A DNA stretch of 64,000 nucleotides from an uncultured Candidatus Actinomarina sp. (GCA_902521955.1 CABYTP010000002.1:55404-119403); one strand, 5' to 3'. Counted from the first letter of the stretch, positions 1 to 11,664 are shown. A program made the numbers and translations. The notes: generated from the sequence alone by a model not told the origin.

Positions 1-644
1 TCATCAACATAATTATCTTCTGTGCCTAAGTTAAACATTGGCTCTATGCATATTGCCATGCCTGTTTTTAATTCAAATCCAGTATTTTTCTTGCCATAGT
101 GTGGAACTTGTGGCTCTTCATGCATTTCTTGACCGATTCCATGGCCAACATAGTTTTTTACATTGCCAAGATTACTTTTCTTAGCAATTTTGTCTATTTT
201 GTTCCCAATAGTGCCAAGTTTTTGACCGTCTTTCACCAGCTTTATAGCTTCGTGTAGTGCATACTTAGTTTTTGATAACAAGTTTTTCTCTTCTTCAGTA
301 ATTTCGCCAACTCCAAAACTAAATGCTGCATCAGCATGGTAACCTTGAAAAATTACCCCAACATCAACTGAAATTATATCTCCTTCTGAGATGACATATT
401 CATTTGGAATGCCGTGGACAATAACATCATTTGGAGAAGCACAAATGTGTGCTGGAAAATCATGGTAACCTAAAAAACTTGGTGTAACATTTGATTTTTC
501 TATTATTTCTTTAGCAATTAAATCTAAATCTAAAAGTGTCATGCCTGATTTTGTTTTATCAAATATTTCATAATGAATATTTGAGACAACTTTTCCAGCT
601 TTACGCATTTTCTCAAAGTCTTCAGTAGATTTATAAGTAATCAT
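1..644 (-). CDS. map: methionine aminopeptidase type I (3' end beyond window start)
   Basis: Manual translation from the ATG at 644: MITYKSTEDFEKMRKAGKVV...HGIGQEMHEEPQVPHY. This is a typical MetAP-I fold with its metal-ligand motifs. The gene is not in the ORF track because it is truncated by the window edge. Confidence 0.85.
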   Translation of the reverse strand, partial: MITYKSTEDFEKMRKAGKVVSNIHYEIFDKTKSGMTLLDLDLIAKEIIEKSNVTPSFLGYHDFPAHICASPNDVIVHGIPNEYVISEGDIISVDVGVIFQGYHADAAFSFGVGEITEEEKNLLSKTKYALHEAIKLVKDGQKLGTIGNKIDKIAKKSNLGNVKNYVGHGIGQEMHEEPQVPHYGKKNTGFELKTGMAICIEPMFNLGTEDNYVD

Positions 645-650
645 AGATAT

Positions 651-1211
651 TTAATTAAAGTGCTTAGCGATATTATGATAAATTTCATCTATGTCACCAA
701 CTGCATTAATTTTGACAACTTTATCTTGTTGATTATAAAAATCAATTAATGGCTCAGTGTCTTGTGAGTAAATTTCAAATCTAACTTTTATTGACTCTTC
801 TGTATCATCAGACCTGCCACTAGTTTGACCTCTCAACAAAATTCTTTGAACTAATTCTTCTTCATCAACTTCAAATACAAATACCTTTGAGACTGGAAAT
901 TTGTTTTTAATTTCTTCTAAACTTTTTGCTTGAGGTAGGGTTCTTGGAAATCCATCAAGGATTGCACCTTTTTTACAGTCATTACTTCCTAATCTTTCAA
1001 CAAGCATAGCAATGACTAAATCATCTGATACTAACTTTCCTTCATCCATGACGCTTTTGGCAATCTTGCCGAGATCAGTTTTGTTACTAATATGATCTCT
1101 GAGCATGTCGCCTGTTGATATGTGAGCTAGGCCAAATTCTAGAGCAACTTTTTTAGCTTGTGTGCCTTTTCCTGCACCTGGAGGTCCAAGAAAAATTTTT
1201 AATTCACTCAA
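651..1211 (-). CDS. adk: adenylate kinase
   Basis: P-loop GPPGAGKGTQ; located downstream of secY as in the spc operon. Confidence 0.92.
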   Translation of the reverse strand: MSELKIFLGPPGAGKGTQAKKVALEFGLAHISTGDMLRDHISNKTDLGKIAKSVMDEGKLVSDDLVIAMLVERLGSNDCKKGAILDGFPRTLPQAKSLEEIKNKFPVSKVFVFEVDEEELVQRILLRGQTSGRSDDTEESIKVRFEIYSQDTEPLIDFYNQQDKVVKINAVGDIDEIYHNIAKHFN

Positions 1212-2521
1212 TCAATGAATCCTTCGTAGTTTCTCATACTAAGTTGGCTTTCAATTTGCTTCATTGTTTCCAAAGCAACACCAACAGTAATTAAAATAGA
1301 AATTCCGCTAAACCCAAGCGGTATATCCCAAATAGCAGAAGCAATAGATGGTAATACAGCCACTGAAGCTAAGAATATTGATCCCGGTAAAGTTATTCGA
1401 TTAAGAATGTGTGATAAATAGTTAGTAGTTGATATCCCAGGCCTAACACCAGGTATAAATCCACCCTGTCTTCTTATCATGTCTGACTGTCTAACTGGAT
1501 CAAACTGTATAGTTGTATAAAAATATGTAAAAAATATAATTAGAATCCCTAGGAAAAAGATGTAAAACCAGGTTGTTCCTTGAGAGTTAGCTAAGTTAAC
1601 ATCTATCCAGTTTCTAATTGCAGCAGTAACAGAATTATCTTGTGGAAGAGAGGTTGCTACCAAAGCTGGAAAGAAAAGTATGCTTGTTGCAAATATAACA
1701 GGGATGACACCAGCACTATTTACTTTAAGTGGAATATATGTACTTTGACCTCCCATGACTTTTCTACCTCTTACCCTTTTTGCAAACTGAATTGGAATTC
1801 TTCGCTGCCCTTGTTCTACATAGATTATTCCAACAATCATTAAAAAGAACATGAGCATCAAAAATGAAAATTGACCGATTCTTCCCTGACCAGCGGTAAC
1901 TTGGTAAGCTCCTCCAAATTGTGCTGGTAATTGGCTAACAATACTTGCAAAAATAATTAATGACATCCCATTACCAACACCTCGTTGAGATATAAGTTCA
2001 CCTATCCACATAATAAAAGCAGTTCCAGCCGTCATGGTAAGTACGATTAAGCCAACTCTGGATGGCGTATAGTTTGGTATTAAAGAGATACCTCCTGTGA
2101 GGCTTCCTCTTGAAAAAAGATAAGTTAATGCTGTTGACTGAAGAAGAGCCAGTACAACTGTTATGTATCTTGTCCATTGTGTTATTACTTTCCTACCTGA
2201 CTCCCCTTCTTCTTGAAGCTTTTGCAATCTAGGAATAACAACAGTAAGTAATTGTAAAATAATACTTGCAGTGATATAAGGCATAATTCCAAGAGCGAAA
2301 ACAGAAAAAGTTTCTAGGGCACCACCAGAGAAAAGATTTAGGAGTCCATAGATACCAGCTTGAGATCCTGAATCAGTTAGACGTTGAACTGCCTCTAAAT
2401 CAACACCTGGAACGGGAACTGCTGCACCTAATCGATACACAGCAAACATAAACAATGTGAAAAATATTCTTTTTCTTAAATCTGGAATTTTAAAAATATA
2501 TCTAAATATTGAGAGCTGCAT
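1208..2521 (-). CDS. secY: preprotein translocase subunit SecY
   Basis: 437-aa polytopic membrane protein at the conserved position between rplO and adk. Confidence 0.95.
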   Translation of the reverse strand: MQLSIFRYIFKIPDLRKRIFFTLFMFAVYRLGAAVPVPGVDLEAVQRLTDSGSQAGIYGLLNLFSGGALETFSVFALGIMPYITASIILQLLTVVIPRLQKLQEEGESGRKVITQWTRYITVVLALLQSTALTYLFSRGSLTGGISLIPNYTPSRVGLIVLTMTAGTAFIMWIGELISQRGVGNGMSLIIFASIVSQLPAQFGGAYQVTAGQGRIGQFSFLMLMFFLMIVGIIYVEQGQRRIPIQFAKRVRGRKVMGGQSTYIPLKVNSAGVIPVIFATSILFFPALVATSLPQDNSVTAAIRNWIDVNLANSQGTTWFYIFFLGILIIFFTYFYTTIQFDPVRQSDMIRRQGGFIPGVRPGISTTNYLSHILNRITLPGSIFLASVAVLPSIASAIWDIPLGFSGISILITVGVALETMKQIESQLSMRNYEGFID

Positions 2522-2523
2522 AT

Positions 2524-2973
2524 TTACTCTTCTATAATCTCTACTGTTCCGCCAGCACTCTCAATTTTATTTTTTGCAATTTCACTAATTGCATGAATCT
2601 TTAAGTCAATTTTTTTTGTTATCTCACCATCGCCAAGAACTTTAACAAGGCCTTTTTTTCTTGTTAAGCCAAGTTCACGAAGTGAGTCAGGTGTCACTTC
2701 ACCTTCAACATTTTTTTCTTCAAGTTCACTGACGTTTACAACAACATAGGACATTTTAGGCCCATTTTTAATACCTCGTAATTTAGGAATCCTTCTGTAA
2801 AGAGGGATTTGACCACCTTCGAAGTATGCTGGAACTGTTTTTCTAGCTCCAGTTCCTTTTGTTCCTCTACCAGCTGTCTTTCCTCTTTTACCAGCTTCAC
2901 CTCTACCTTTTCTCAATTTCTGCTTGGTTGATCCAGGAGTTGGTTTTAAATGGTGAAATCTAAGTTTTTTCAT
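2524..2973 (-). CDS. rplO: 50S ribosomal protein L15
   Basis: Gly/Arg/Lys-rich N-terminus; position in the spc operon. Confidence 0.92.
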   Translation of the reverse strand: MKKLRFHHLKPTPGSTKQKLRKGRGEAGKRGKTAGRGTKGTGARKTVPAYFEGGQIPLYRRIPKLRGIKNGPKMSYVVVNVSELEEKNVEGEVTPDSLRELGLTRKKGLVKVLGDGEITKKIDLKIHAISEIAKNKIESAGGTVEIIEE

Positions 2974-3152
2974 TATTTTATTTCCTCAATTTCAACAAGA
3001 TGTTCTATTTTGTCGAGCATACCTTGAATCATAGGATTAATTTCTCTCTCAGTAAATGAGTTAATTTTTTTTAATCCTAAACTTCTAACAGTTTCTCTTG
3101 CCTTTGGCTTCTGACCAATCAGGCTTCTTTTTAAAGTTATTCTAACTTTCAT
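2973..3152 (-). CDS. rpmD: 50S ribosomal protein L30
   Basis: [17 protein letters not shown]... The track ORF starts further upstream. An internal ATG at 3152 gives the typical ~60-aa L30, overlapping the rpsE 3' end. Confidence 0.8.
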   Translation of the reverse strand: MKVRITLKRSLIGQKPKARETVRSLGLKKINSFTEREINPMIQGMLDKIEHLVEIEEIK

Positions 3153-3693
3153 CTGCAACCTGTACTTTTTTTTGAGCTTTTGTATTCTCATATGCAGCTA
3201 CTAATCCTGGAGGTGCAACTTCTGAAGTTTTTTTACCTCTCAATTTTGCAACGATATCTGGAGTTCTCTGATTTAGTAAACCTTGCATAGTTGCCTTTGC
3301 TACATTTAAGTGTGTTGGAGATCCTAATGATTTAGCCAAAATGTCTTTAACTCCAGCTACTTCAAGTACTTGTCGAGCAGCTCCACCAGCAATTACTCCA
3401 GTACCAGGTGCTGCTGGTTTTAGTAAAACTCTTGAAGAGCCATGCTTACCTATAATTGTATGAACTATTGTAGTTCCTGCCATTGGTATTTCCTGTACAT
3501 TCTTTTTTGCATTTTCAATTGCTTTTTGAATTGCTAGTGGCACTTCAGAACCTTTACCATATCCAATACCAGCATTACCATTACCATCACCTACAGCTAC
3601 AAGTGCTGTAAAGGCAAAATTACGTCCACCTTTAACAACTTTTGCAACCCTATTAATGTGTATAACACTTTCTTGAAATTCTACCTCTGACAT
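3142..3693 (-). CDS. rpsE: 30S ribosomal protein S5
   Basis: S5 signature with a dsRBD-like N-terminus; operon position. Confidence 0.92.
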   Translation of the reverse strand: MSEVEFQESVIHINRVAKVVKGGRNFAFTALVAVGDGNGNAGIGYGKGSEVPLAIQKAIENAKKNVQEIPMAGTTIVHTIIGKHGSSRVLLKPAAPGTGVIAGGAARQVLEVAGVKDILAKSLGSPTHLNVAKATMQGLLNQRTPDIVAKLRGKKTSEVAPPGLVAAYENTKAQKKVQVADES

Positions 3694-4040
3694 TAAAATT
3701 CTATTCCTTTATCTCGTATACCATCAGCAAGGGACTTAATTCTACCGTGGTAAATGTAGCCTCCTCGGTCAAATACTGCAGAATTAATTTTTAAATCTTT
3801 AAGCTTTTCTCCAAGAAGTTCCCCTACTTCTTTGGCAGATTCATTTGATAAATTTTTTGATTTTACTTCTTTTGAAAGAGTACTTGAGGCAGCTAATGTT
3901 ACTTGATTTAAATCATCAATTGCTTGAACATAAATATTGTTGTTACTTTTAAAAACAGCCAATCTAGGAACAGTAGATGTTCCAGAAATTTTTTTTCTGA
4001 TTCTTATTTTCCTATGTAATCTTTTATCTTTTGTTTTCAT
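3693..4040 (-). CDS. rplR: 50S ribosomal protein L18
   Basis: Operon position and composition. Confidence 0.9.
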   Translation of the reverse strand: MKTKDKRLHRKIRIRKKISGTSTVPRLAVFKSNNNIYVQAIDDLNQVTLAASSTLSKEVKSKNLSNESAKEVGELLGEKLKDLKINSAVFDRGGYIYHGRIKSLADGIRDKGIEF

Positions 4041-4047
4041 TAAATTC

Positions 4048-4599
4048 TTAAGCTCCCGCAGTCACAGCAGCTTTACCTGCTTTCCTTCTAACATATTCGT
4101 CCTTATATCGAATACCTTTACCTTTATATGGCTCAGGTGGCTTGATAGCTCTTATGTTAGCTGCGACTTGTCCAACTAAAGCCTTATCAATACCTGATAC
4201 AATAATTGTGTTTTGGTCAGGAACCTCAAATGAAATTCCTTCAACTTTATTAAAAATTACTGGGTGAGAAAATCCGCAAAGTATTTCTATGTCATTTCCT
4301 TTTAACGTGGCCCTATGTCCAACTCCTTGAAGCAAGAGTGTTTTACTATAACCTTCAATTACACCTTGAATATCATTTGCAACTAAGGACCTATATAAAC
4401 CGTGAAGACTCCTTACTTCTGGCGACTCTGATGATCTAGAAAAAATTAATTCATTTTCTTCAACTACAAAATGTATCCTGTCATCAATTACTTCTGTAAA
4501 TAATTCGCCCTTTGGGCCTTTTACAGAAATCTTGTTTCCTGATATGTTTAATTCAACCTTTTCAGGTATTACAACTGGCTTGTTTCCTATCCTACTCAT
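4048..4599 (-). CDS. rplF: 50S ribosomal protein L6
   Basis: MSRIGNKPVVIP...; the start was trimmed to an internal ATG. Confidence 0.9.
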   Translation of the reverse strand: MSRIGNKPVVIPEKVELNISGNKISVKGPKGELFTEVIDDRIHFVVEENELIFSRSSESPEVRSLHGLYRSLVANDIQGVIEGYSKTLLLQGVGHRATLKGNDIEILCGFSHPVIFNKVEGISFEVPDQNTIIVSGIDKALVGQVAANIRAIKPPEPYKGKGIRYKDEYVRRKAGKAAVTAGA

Positions 4600-4994
4600 G
4601 ACCAAACCTCACAAATTAATTCTCCGCCTAACTTACGTTTACGGGCCTCGGAGTCTGAAAGAAGACCTCTTGATGTTGATACAATAACAGTTCCCAATCC
4701 ACCATTATTTCTTGGAAGCTCATCTGATCCAACATAAAGCCTGCGACCAGGTTTACTTAATCTATTTAATCCAGCCAATACTGGAGATCCATTTTCAGAA
4801 TATTTTAAATCAATTAGTAATTCTTTTTTTGAAGATTCACCATTTACTTTTACGTCACTTATATAACCTTCAGTTTTAAGTAACTTTGAAAGTTCATATT
4901 TAAATTTTGAATGTGGAATGGAAACAGTAGGTTTGTTAACCATAGAAGCGTTTCTCATTCTAGTTAAAAAATCTGAAATTGGATCTGAATTCAT
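4596..4994 (-). CDS. rpsH: 30S ribosomal protein S8
   Basis: MNSDPISDFLTRMRNA... is the canonical S8 N-terminus. The track ORF is extended upstream into rpsN. Confidence 0.9.
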   Translation of the reverse strand: MNSDPISDFLTRMRNASMVNKPTVSIPHSKFKYELSKLLKTEGYISDVKVNGESSKKELLIDLKYSENGSPVLAGLNRLSKPGRRLYVGSDELPRNNGGLGTVIVSTSRGLLSDSEARKRKLGGELICEVWS

Positions 4995-4995
4995 G

Positions 4996-5301
4996 CTACC
5001 AAGATGCTTTCTTAATTCCTGGAAGCTCACCTTTTAATGCCAAGTCACGAAATGTGTTTCTAGACATTCCAAATTTCCTTAGTGTACCTCTAGGTCTTCC
5101 AGTTACTTCACATCTATTTCGATGCCGAGTTGGAGATGCATCTCTTGGCATTTTTGCAATTTTCTTTTGTGCTTCTCTTTTTTCATCATATGATGTATCG
5201 GGATCTTTAATAATATCTAAGAGTTCTTGACGCCTGTCAGAATAAACACCAATGGTTCTTTTTCTTTGATTGTTTTTAGCTATTTTACTTGTCTTTGCCA
5301 T
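4996..5301 (-). CDS. rpsN: 30S ribosomal protein S14 (long, 101-aa form)
   Basis: ...[12 protein letters not shown]...; operon position. Confidence 0.9.
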   Translation of the reverse strand: MAKTSKIAKNNQRKRTIGVYSDRRQELLDIIKDPDTSYDEKREAQKKIAKMPRDASPTRHRNRCEVTGRPRGTLRKFGMSRNTFRDLALKGELPGIKKASW

Positions 5302-5303
5302 AT

Positions 5304-5849
5304 TTAATTCTCCCTAAACGGAAATCCTAGCGCTTGTAATAGTACATAACCTTGGTTGTTATCGTTAGCAGAAGTACAAATTGTGATATTCATTCCTCTA
5401 ATATCTCTAACTTTATCGTATTCAACTTCAGGAAATACTAATTGCTCATTTAATCCAAGAGTATAGTTTCCATTACCATCAAATGATTTTTTATTGAAGC
5501 CTCTAAAGTCACGAATTCTTGGTACAACAACCTGAACAAACCTATCATAAAATTCCCACATTCTGTCACCCCTTAATGTGACTGATACTCCAATAGGCAT
5601 TCCTTCTCTAATTTTAAAACCAGCTATAGATTTCTTTGCTCTTCTAATAACAGGTTTTTGTCCAGAAATAGCTGTTAACTCATCAACCATTGACTCAAGG
5701 GCTCTACCATCGGTAGCAGCTTTTCCATCACCAATGTTTATTACAATTTTTTCAAGTGATGGAATTTCATTTACGTTTTCTAAACTCAATTGATCCATAA
5801 CTTTAATTTTAAGTTCAGTTCTAAATTGCTCTTTTAATCTAGGAATCAT
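5304..5849 (-). CDS. rplE: 50S ribosomal protein L5
   Basis: Operon position; L5 family sequence. Confidence 0.92.
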   Translation of the reverse strand: MIPRLKEQFRTELKIKVMDQLSLENVNEIPSLEKIVINIGDGKAATDGRALESMVDELTAISGQKPVIRRAKKSIAGFKIREGMPIGVSVTLRGDRMWEFYDRFVQVVVPRIRDFRGFNKKSFDGNGNYTLGLNEQLVFPEVEYDKVRDIRGMNITICTSANDNNQGYVLLQALGFPFREN

Positions 5850-6148
5850 GCTTCATCACCTGTCTGAGCCAAAACTCTGTATTTTTTTCCATTTTTATCA
5901 AATTTATATGAAACTCTTCCTGCTTTTTTCTTAACAACTAAGGCTACATTAGAGACATTTACAGGCATACTTTTATCAATTACCCCACCTTGCATAGTTT
6001 GTCCTTGAGGTTTTTGATGCTTTTTAGTCACATTAACTCCCTCTACTAAAACTGTTCCCTTCTTAGGGAAAGCTTGAAGAACTTTTCCTTGCTTACCTGC
6101 GTCTTTTCCAGAAATAACTTTAACGGTATCACCTTTTTTAATTTTCAC
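5846..6148 (-). CDS. rplX: 50S ribosomal protein L24
   Basis: KIKKGDTVKVISGKDAGKQGKV KOW motif. Confidence 0.92.
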   Translation of the reverse strand: MKIKKGDTVKVISGKDAGKQGKVLQAFPKKGTVLVEGVNVTKKHQKPQGQTMQGGVIDKSMPVNVSNVALVVKKKAGRVSYKFDKNGKKYRVLAQTGDEA

Positions 6149-6516
6149 TATATAACCTCCGGTGCGAGAGAAACTATTCTCATGAATTTTTTTTCTCTTA
6201 ATTCTCGCCCAACAGGTCCAAAAATTCTTGTCCCCCTTGGTTGATCTTGATCATTAATAATCACACAGGCATTCTCATCAAATCTTATATAAGTTCCATC
6301 TTTTCTTCTGGTTTCTTTTTTTGTTCTAACTACAACTGCACTAACTATTTCACCTTTTTTAATTTGGCCGCCGGGTATAGCATCTTTTACAGTTGCAACG
6401 AATACATCACCTAATCCTGCATATCTTATTCTAGAACTACCCTTTACTTTTATACAAAGGACTTCTTTTGCTCCAGAATTATCAGCAACTTTTAATCTTG
6501 ATTCTTTTTGTATCAT
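6148..6516 (-). CDS. rplN: 50S ribosomal protein L14
   Basis: [14 protein letters not shown] canonical N-terminus. Confidence 0.95.
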   Translation of the reverse strand: MIQKESRLKVADNSGAKEVLCIKVKGSSRIRYAGLGDVFVATVKDAIPGGQIKKGEIVSAVVVRTKKETRRKDGTYIRFDENACVIINDQDQPRGTRIFGPVGRELREKKFMRIVSLAPEVI

Positions 6517-6776
6517 CTAGCTCTCTCAACAATCTCTGTAACACGCCATTTTTTTGTCTTTGAATAAGGCTTTGTTTCCATTATTTTTACAGTATCTCCA
6601 ACTTTTGCCTCAAAACTCTCATCATGTGCGTGTAGTTTTCTAGTTTTCTTAACAATTTTTTTATATTTAGGATGAGGAAATTGAATTTCTATAGATACAG
6701 TTACTGTTTTTTCTCTTAAATCAGAAGTAACTACCCCAGTTCTTGTTTTTCTAAATGTTCTATTTGAATCAGTCAT
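6513..6776 (-). CDS. rpsQ: 30S ribosomal protein S17
   Basis: Operon position; S17 family. Confidence 0.9.
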   Translation of the reverse strand: MTDSNRTFRKTRTGVVTSDLREKTVTVSIEIQFPHPKYKKIVKKTRKLHAHDESFEAKVGDTVKIMETKPYSKTKKWRVTEIVERAR

Positions 6777-6778
6777 AA

Positions 6779-6988
6779 TTATGCTTCCTCAATACTTTCT
6801 TTATTAATTTTTTCAGTTAAAACTGTATTAGCTTGTGCAATTTCTTTTTTAATTTTTTTGAAAACAGATGTATCTTCTAACTGGCTTGTCGCCAATGAAA
6901 ATCTTGAATCCATAAGTTCTTTCTTTAAATCAATTATCTTATTTTGCAATTCACCAATTGATAATTCTCTTAAGTCATTAACACTCAT
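6779..6988 (-). CDS. rpmC: 50S ribosomal protein L29
   Basis: 69 aa, helical; operon position. Confidence 0.88.
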   Translation of the reverse strand: MSVNDLRELSIGELQNKIIDLKKELMDSRFSLATSQLEDTSVFKKIKKEIAQANTVLTEKINKESIEEA

Positions 6989-7398
6989 CAGTTGTCCCTT
7001 TTAACAAACTTAGTTTTCATAGGCAATTTATGCCCAGCTTTTCTAATTGCCTCTCTAGCAACATCTTCAGGTACACCTGAAATTTCAAAAATTATTCTTC
7101 CAGGTTTCACAACAGCTACATAATACTCAACATTACCTTTACCTGAACCCATCCTTACTTCAGCAGGTTTTTGAGTTACTGGTTTGTGTGGAAAAATATT
7201 AATCCATACCTTACCACCACGTTTCATAGTTCTTGTAATCGTTATTCTTGCAGCCTCAATTTGTCTTCCAGTTACATAAGAGGTTTCAACTGCTTGAATA
7301 CCATAATCTCCAAAAGTAACAACATTACCACCTTTAGAGTTACCTTTTCTTCTACCCCTATGAGATTTTCTAAATTTTGTTTTTTTAGGCATTAACAT
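6988..7398 (-). CDS. rplP: 50S ribosomal protein L16
   Basis: [16 protein letters not shown] canonical N-terminus. Confidence 0.95.
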   Translation of the reverse strand: MLMPKKTKFRKSHRGRRKGNSKGGNVVTFGDYGIQAVETSYVTGRQIEAARITITRTMKRGGKVWINIFPHKPVTQKPAEVRMGSGKGNVEYYVAVVKPGRIIFEISGVPEDVAREAIRKAGHKLPMKTKFVKRDN

Positions 7399-7401
7399 AA
7401 A

Positions 7402-8319
7402 TTATTCTTCTTCCAATATCGATTTTTCTTCAAGGATTGATTTTTCTTCTTCAAAATCTGCTTGAGCTACTTCTTTCGTGATTTTTTTGCCGCCACCAGC
7501 TTCAACGATATTTGAACTTTTGTCTTCATTAGCTTTTTTCCCGCCACCAGCTTCAAGGATCTTTGATTTTTTCTGTTCTCCAACAGCTGCTTCAGCTCTT
7601 GACTTTACAGACTTTACCCTGCCCGCTGCAGGTCCACCACTTGCTAAATTAGCTTCGGCTGAAATTTTTTCTTGTCTTAACTTATTAGAACCAACTACGT
7701 CACCTTTATAGACCCAGACTTTAACTCCAATAGCTCCGACGGTTGTATGAGCAGTAGCTCGTCCAAAATCAATATCTGCTCTTAAAGTATGGAGAGGTAC
7801 TCTTCCTTCTCTATACCATTCTCTTCGACCCATTTCTGCGCCGCCTAATCTTCCTGAGCACTCAACTCTAACACCTTCGGCACCTGCTTTTAATGCTGCT
7901 GTAACTGCCCTCTTCATAGCCCTTCTAAAAGCTACTCTGTTTTCTAATTGATCTGCTATACCTCTTGATAAAAGTTGTGCATCTAATTCAGCTTCACGAA
8001 TTTCAATAATGTTAAGTTTTACAGGTTGCTTTGAAAGTTTTTCAATACCTTTTCTTAACCTATCTGCTTCGACACCTTTTCTACCTATAACTACTCCTGG
8101 TCTTGCGGTGTGTATGTCTACAGTTAAAGTTCCACCTTTATCTCTTCTTTCAATATCTACTCGTGACACAGCAGCTTTAGGTAACTCTTTTGTTAAAAAT
8201 TTTCTGATTTGATAATCCTGGTTGACTAAATCTTTGTAATCTTTCCCATTAAACCAACGTGACTTCCAGTCATTTACAATTCCAATTCTGAATGCATAAG
8301 GATGTGTTTTTTGACCCAT
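7402..8319 (-). CDS. rpsC: 30S ribosomal protein S3 with repetitive C-terminal extension
   Basis: KH and S3-C domains plus an ~80-aa Lys/Glu/Gly-rich tail containing EAGGGKK and EEKSILE repeats. Confidence 0.92.
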   Translation of the reverse strand: MGQKTHPYAFRIGIVNDWKSRWFNGKDYKDLVNQDYQIRKFLTKELPKAAVSRVDIERRDKGGTLTVDIHTARPGVVIGRKGVEADRLRKGIEKLSKQPVKLNIIEIREAELDAQLLSRGIADQLENRVAFRRAMKRAVTAALKAGAEGVRVECSGRLGGAEMGRREWYREGRVPLHTLRADIDFGRATAHTTVGAIGVKVWVYKGDVVGSNKLRQEKISAEANLASGGPAAGRVKSVKSRAEAAVGEQKKSKILEAGGGKKANEDKSSNIVEAGGGKKITKEVAQADFEEEKSILEEKSILEEE

Positions 8320-8666
8320 TATTCACCTACGCTTTCTAATTCTATCAACAAATGTGATGTCCTTTTATTAATTCTTCCAGCTCTGCCTCTTGCTCGTGGT
8401 CTAAATCTTTTGAGAGTTGGTCCTTCATTTGCAATAGCTTTTGAGATATACAAATCAGAAGCATTTAAATTATGATTAGCTTCTGCGTTAGCCAATGCAC
8501 TCTCTAATACCTGCTTTATTTCTATAGCAGCTTTTCTTTTTGTGAATGTTAATACATTGAGTGCGTCTTGTACTTCTAAGCCTCTTATTAGGTTAAGTAC
8601 TAATCTCATCTTATATGGTGATTGGCGAATATATTTTCCTTGTGCTTTAACTGTTGTATTTTCCAT
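8319..8666 (-). CDS. rplV: 50S ribosomal protein L22
   Basis: Operon position; L22 family. Confidence 0.9.
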   Translation of the reverse strand: MENTTVKAQGKYIRQSPYKMRLVLNLIRGLEVQDALNVLTFTKRKAAIEIKQVLESALANAEANHNLNASDLYISKAIANEGPTLKRFRPRARGRAGRINKRTSHLLIELESVGE

Positions 8667-8929
8667 TAGTTTTGTCCCGGATGCCCTCTAAACGTTCTAG
8701 TTGGTGAAAACTCTCCTAATTTATGACCAACCATAGCCTCGGTTATAAAAACAGGTAAATGTTGTCTCCCATTATGTACTGCAATAGTCAAACCTACCAT
8801 CTCAGGAACGATTGTTGACCTTCTACTCCAAGTTTTAATAACACTTTTGTTTCCAGTGTTTTGTGCATCTTCGACTTTTTTCAAGAGATGCTCATCAACA
8901 AATGGTCCTTTTCTTAAACTTCTAGCCAT
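8666..8929 (-). CDS. rpsS: 30S ribosomal protein S19
   Basis: Operon position; S19 signature. Confidence 0.92.
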   Translation of the reverse strand: MARSLRKGPFVDEHLLKKVEDAQNTGNKSVIKTWSRRSTIVPEMVGLTIAVHNGRQHLPVFITEAMVGHKLGEFSPTRTFRGHPGQN

Positions 8930-8931
8930 AA

Positions 8932-9765
8932 TTAATTTCTACCTTTTTGAGATCTTCCTCTGACAATTGCTTTATTACTGTACTTTTTCTTATTTCGAGT
9001 TTTTTTCTCACGTTTTCCCCAAGGGCTTACAGGCACCCTACCTCCTGATGATTTACCTTCTCCACCACCAAGTGGGTGATCTACTGGGTTCATCGCAACA
9101 CCTCTTGTTTGAGGCCTAACGCCTTTCCACCTACTTCGTCCTGCTTTGCCTAGTTTTGTAAGCTCAGCTTCAGCGTTTCCAACAGTTCCTATTGTTGCCC
9201 TACAGTCCATAGGTACAGTTCTCATTTCACCCGAAGGAAGCCTAAGCAAAGCTGACTCTCCTTCTTTGCTCATCAATTGAACTGAAGAACCTGCTGACCT
9301 AGCCATTTTTGCTCCTCCACCTGGTCGAAGTTCTACAGCGTGAACAAAAGTACCAGCTGGTATATTTCTTAAAGGTAAGCAATTTCCATCTTTTATGTCT
9401 GCTTTTGAACCTGACTCAATTATTGCATCAACGCTAATTCCATCAGGTGCAATGATATAGGCTTTTTCACCATCTTTATAATGAAGCAGGGCTATTCTTG
9501 CATTTCTATTAGGGTCATACTCTATACCTGCAACTCGAGCAGGAATTCCATCTTTGACTCTTTTAAAATCTATAATTCTGTATTTTTGCTTGTGTCCGCC
9601 ACCTCTATGTCTAGAAGTAATTCTTCCTTTATTATTTCTGCCACCAGAAGATTTTTTTGATTGTAATAAGGATTTTTCAGGTTTCTTTTTTGTAATATCC
9701 TTAAAGTCAGTTGAAACCTGACCTCTCATACCTGGTGTTACTGGTCTTATTTTTTTAGAACCCAT
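8932..9765 (-). CDS. rplB: 50S ribosomal protein L2
   Basis: 277 aa, ...HPLGGGEG... signature. Confidence 0.95.
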   Translation of the reverse strand: MGSKKIRPVTPGMRGQVSTDFKDITKKKPEKSLLQSKKSSGGRNNKGRITSRHRGGGHKQKYRIIDFKRVKDGIPARVAGIEYDPNRNARIALLHYKDGEKAYIIAPDGISVDAIIESGSKADIKDGNCLPLRNIPAGTFVHAVELRPGGGAKMARSAGSSVQLMSKEGESALLRLPSGEMRTVPMDCRATIGTVGNAEAELTKLGKAGRSRWKGVRPQTRGVAMNPVDHPLGGGEGKSSGGRVPVSPWGKREKKTRNKKKYSNKAIVRGRSQKGRN

Positions 9766-9767
9766 AC

Positions 9768-10055
9768 CTATACTCCAAATGCTTCGATAGTTTCACCCTC
9801 TGGGAGTGTGACAATTGCAATTTTTTTGGTACTTTGTTGTCCATAAACATATCCAAAACGCTTTTTCTTACCTTTTCGATACATTGTATTGACTCTTAAT
9901 ACACTTACACCAAACATTTGCTCAACTGCTTTCTTAATCTGAGGTTTATCTGTTTTTGGATCCACAAAAAAAGTGTATGAATTTGATTCTGAAATTCTAT
10001 CGTATGACTTTTCAGAAATAACAGGTGCAAGCAGTACGTCTTCTAAATACTTCAT
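9768..10055 (-). CDS. rplW: 50S ribosomal protein L23
   Basis: Operon position. Confidence 0.9.
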   Translation of the reverse strand: MKYLEDVLLAPVISEKSYDRISESNSYTFFVDPKTDKPQIKKAVEQMFGVSVLRVNTMYRKGKKKRFGYVYGQQSTKKIAIVTLPEGETIEAFGV

Positions 10056-10675
10056 GATTGATCTCCTAAAAATGCTGAAATAGCATTATCCGAAAATATT
10101 GTGTCATCTGTAGAAATAACATCAATAGCTGCTAACTTTTTAACGGATACAAGCCTTGAGTTTTGAATATTCTTGAATGATTTATACAAGTTTTCATCGT
10201 CATCTGAATAAACAAAGGTAAAGCCTCTTTCAATTTTAAGTTCATTAAGAGATGCAACAGCTTGTTTTGTAGAGGGAGTATCGAAATTTTTTCCACTTAG
10301 AACAAACACTGAAGCTTCAGATAGCCTTTGTGATATTGCCATGTTGAGTGCTTTCTTTTTCATTTTCTTTGGTGTTCTATCTCTATAGACTCTGGTTCCT
10401 GGTCCATGAGCAATACCACCACCTATAAATTGTGGTGATCTCAAAGAACCTTGTCTCGCCCTACCAGTTCCTTTTTGAGCCCATGGTTTTGCACCAGTTC
10501 CAGATACTTGTGCACGGGTTTTTACAGAAGCCGTATTATTTCTAAAATTTGTTCTACTTCCTTTTACTACTTGGTGAAGCAAGCCAAGGTTAATTTCTTC
10601 AATAGGTTGAAAATTGTATTGTTTTTTTGATACTTTATTATCTGATATGTTAATTGTGTCAATTTTTACAGTCAT
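10052..10675 (-). CDS. rplD: 50S ribosomal protein L4
   Basis: Operon position; L4 family. Confidence 0.9.
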   Translation of the reverse strand: MTVKIDTINISDNKVSKKQYNFQPIEEINLGLLHQVVKGSRTNFRNNTASVKTRAQVSGTGAKPWAQKGTGRARQGSLRSPQFIGGGIAHGPGTRVYRDRTPKKMKKKALNMAISQRLSEASVFVLSGKNFDTPSTKQAVASLNELKIERGFTFVYSDDDENLYKSFKNIQNSRLVSVKKLAAIDVISTDDTIFSDNAISAFLGDQS

Positions 10676-11304
10676 TTTGTTACCTTCACAGCACTTTGGA
10701 CTTGAACTATGTTGCCTTTGTTTCCAGGTACAGAGCCATTAACTAAAAGATAATTTTGCTCTTCATCTAAACCAACAATTGTGACTGATTGAATTGTAGT
10801 TTTTTGATTACCCATTCGACCAGCCATTTTTTGACCTTTAAAAACATGACCTGGATAAGATGCATTACCAATTGATCCACCAGCTCTGTGCACTTTATGT
10901 ACACCGTGGCTAGCTTTTTGACCAGAAAAATTATGTCTCTTCATCACTCCAGCAAATCCTTTTCCTTTGGAAATTCCTGTGATATCAACTTTTTGTCCTA
11001 CTTCAAAAAAATCTTTTACATTTATTTTTTGACCAGGATTCAAATCTGTATCTTCATTTACCCTTACTTCGAAAAGAACTTCTCCTGGATCAACTTTATA
11101 TTTTTTGTAATGGCTTTCAAGTGGCTTAGGTAATTTCTTTTTTGATCCAATAGTCAACTGAACTGCGCTGTATCCATCTTTTTGAGTACTTTTAACTTGT
11201 ACAACTCTACAGTCTGATACGTCTAAAACAGTAACGCCCAGAGAATTTGAATTTTCATCAAATATTTGAGTCATGCCTATTTTTTTTGCAATTAGCGTAT
11301 TCAT
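10672..11304 (-). CDS. rplC: 50S ribosomal protein L3
   Basis: Operon position; L3 family. Confidence 0.92.
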   Translation of the reverse strand: MNTLIAKKIGMTQIFDENSNSLGVTVLDVSDCRVVQVKSTQKDGYSAVQLTIGSKKKLPKPLESHYKKYKVDPGEVLFEVRVNEDTDLNPGQKINVKDFFEVGQKVDITGISKGKGFAGVMKRHNFSGQKASHGVHKVHRAGGSIGNASYPGHVFKGQKMAGRMGNQKTTIQSVTIVGLDEEQNYLLVNGSVPGNKGNIVQVQSAVKVTK

Positions 11305-11612
11305 AATTTAATCTCAACCTCAACACCAGCAGGAAGGTCTAATCTCATAAGAGAATCAACTGTCTTAGGTGTTGGTTCGACAATATCAATAAGTCTTTTG
11401 TGAATTCTCATTTCAAAATGTTCTCGAGACTTTTTATCTACATGAGGAGATCTAATAACACAGTATCTGTGAATTTGAGTAGGGAGAGGTACAGGGCCTT
11501 TTACTTTTGCTTGAGTTTTTAACACTGTTTCAGCAATTTTACGCGCAGACTCATCTACGACGTAATTGTCGTACGCTTTGAGCTTAATTCTTATTTGCTG
11601 TTGTTTTGCCAT
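11301..11612 (-). CDS. rpsJ: 30S ribosomal protein S10
   Basis: [15 protein letters not shown]...; first gene of the S10 operon. Confidence 0.95.
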   Translation of the reverse strand: MAKQQQIRIKLKAYDNYVVDESARKIAETVLKTQAKVKGPVPLPTQIHRYCVIRSPHVDKKSREHFEMRIHKRLIDIVEPTPKTVDSLMRLDLPAGVEVEIKL

Positions 11613-11620
11613 TTTTTCCT

Positions 11621-11655
11621 CAAAAAAAACCGGGAGTATGAAGTCTACTCCCGGT
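11621..11655 (-). terminator. rho-independent terminator downstream of tuf
   Basis: On the minus strand the hairpin CCGGGAGTAGACTTCATACTCCCGG is followed by a U8 tract, between the tuf stop and the rpsJ start. Confidence 0.75.
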
Positions 11656-11664
11656 TAATTTTTA

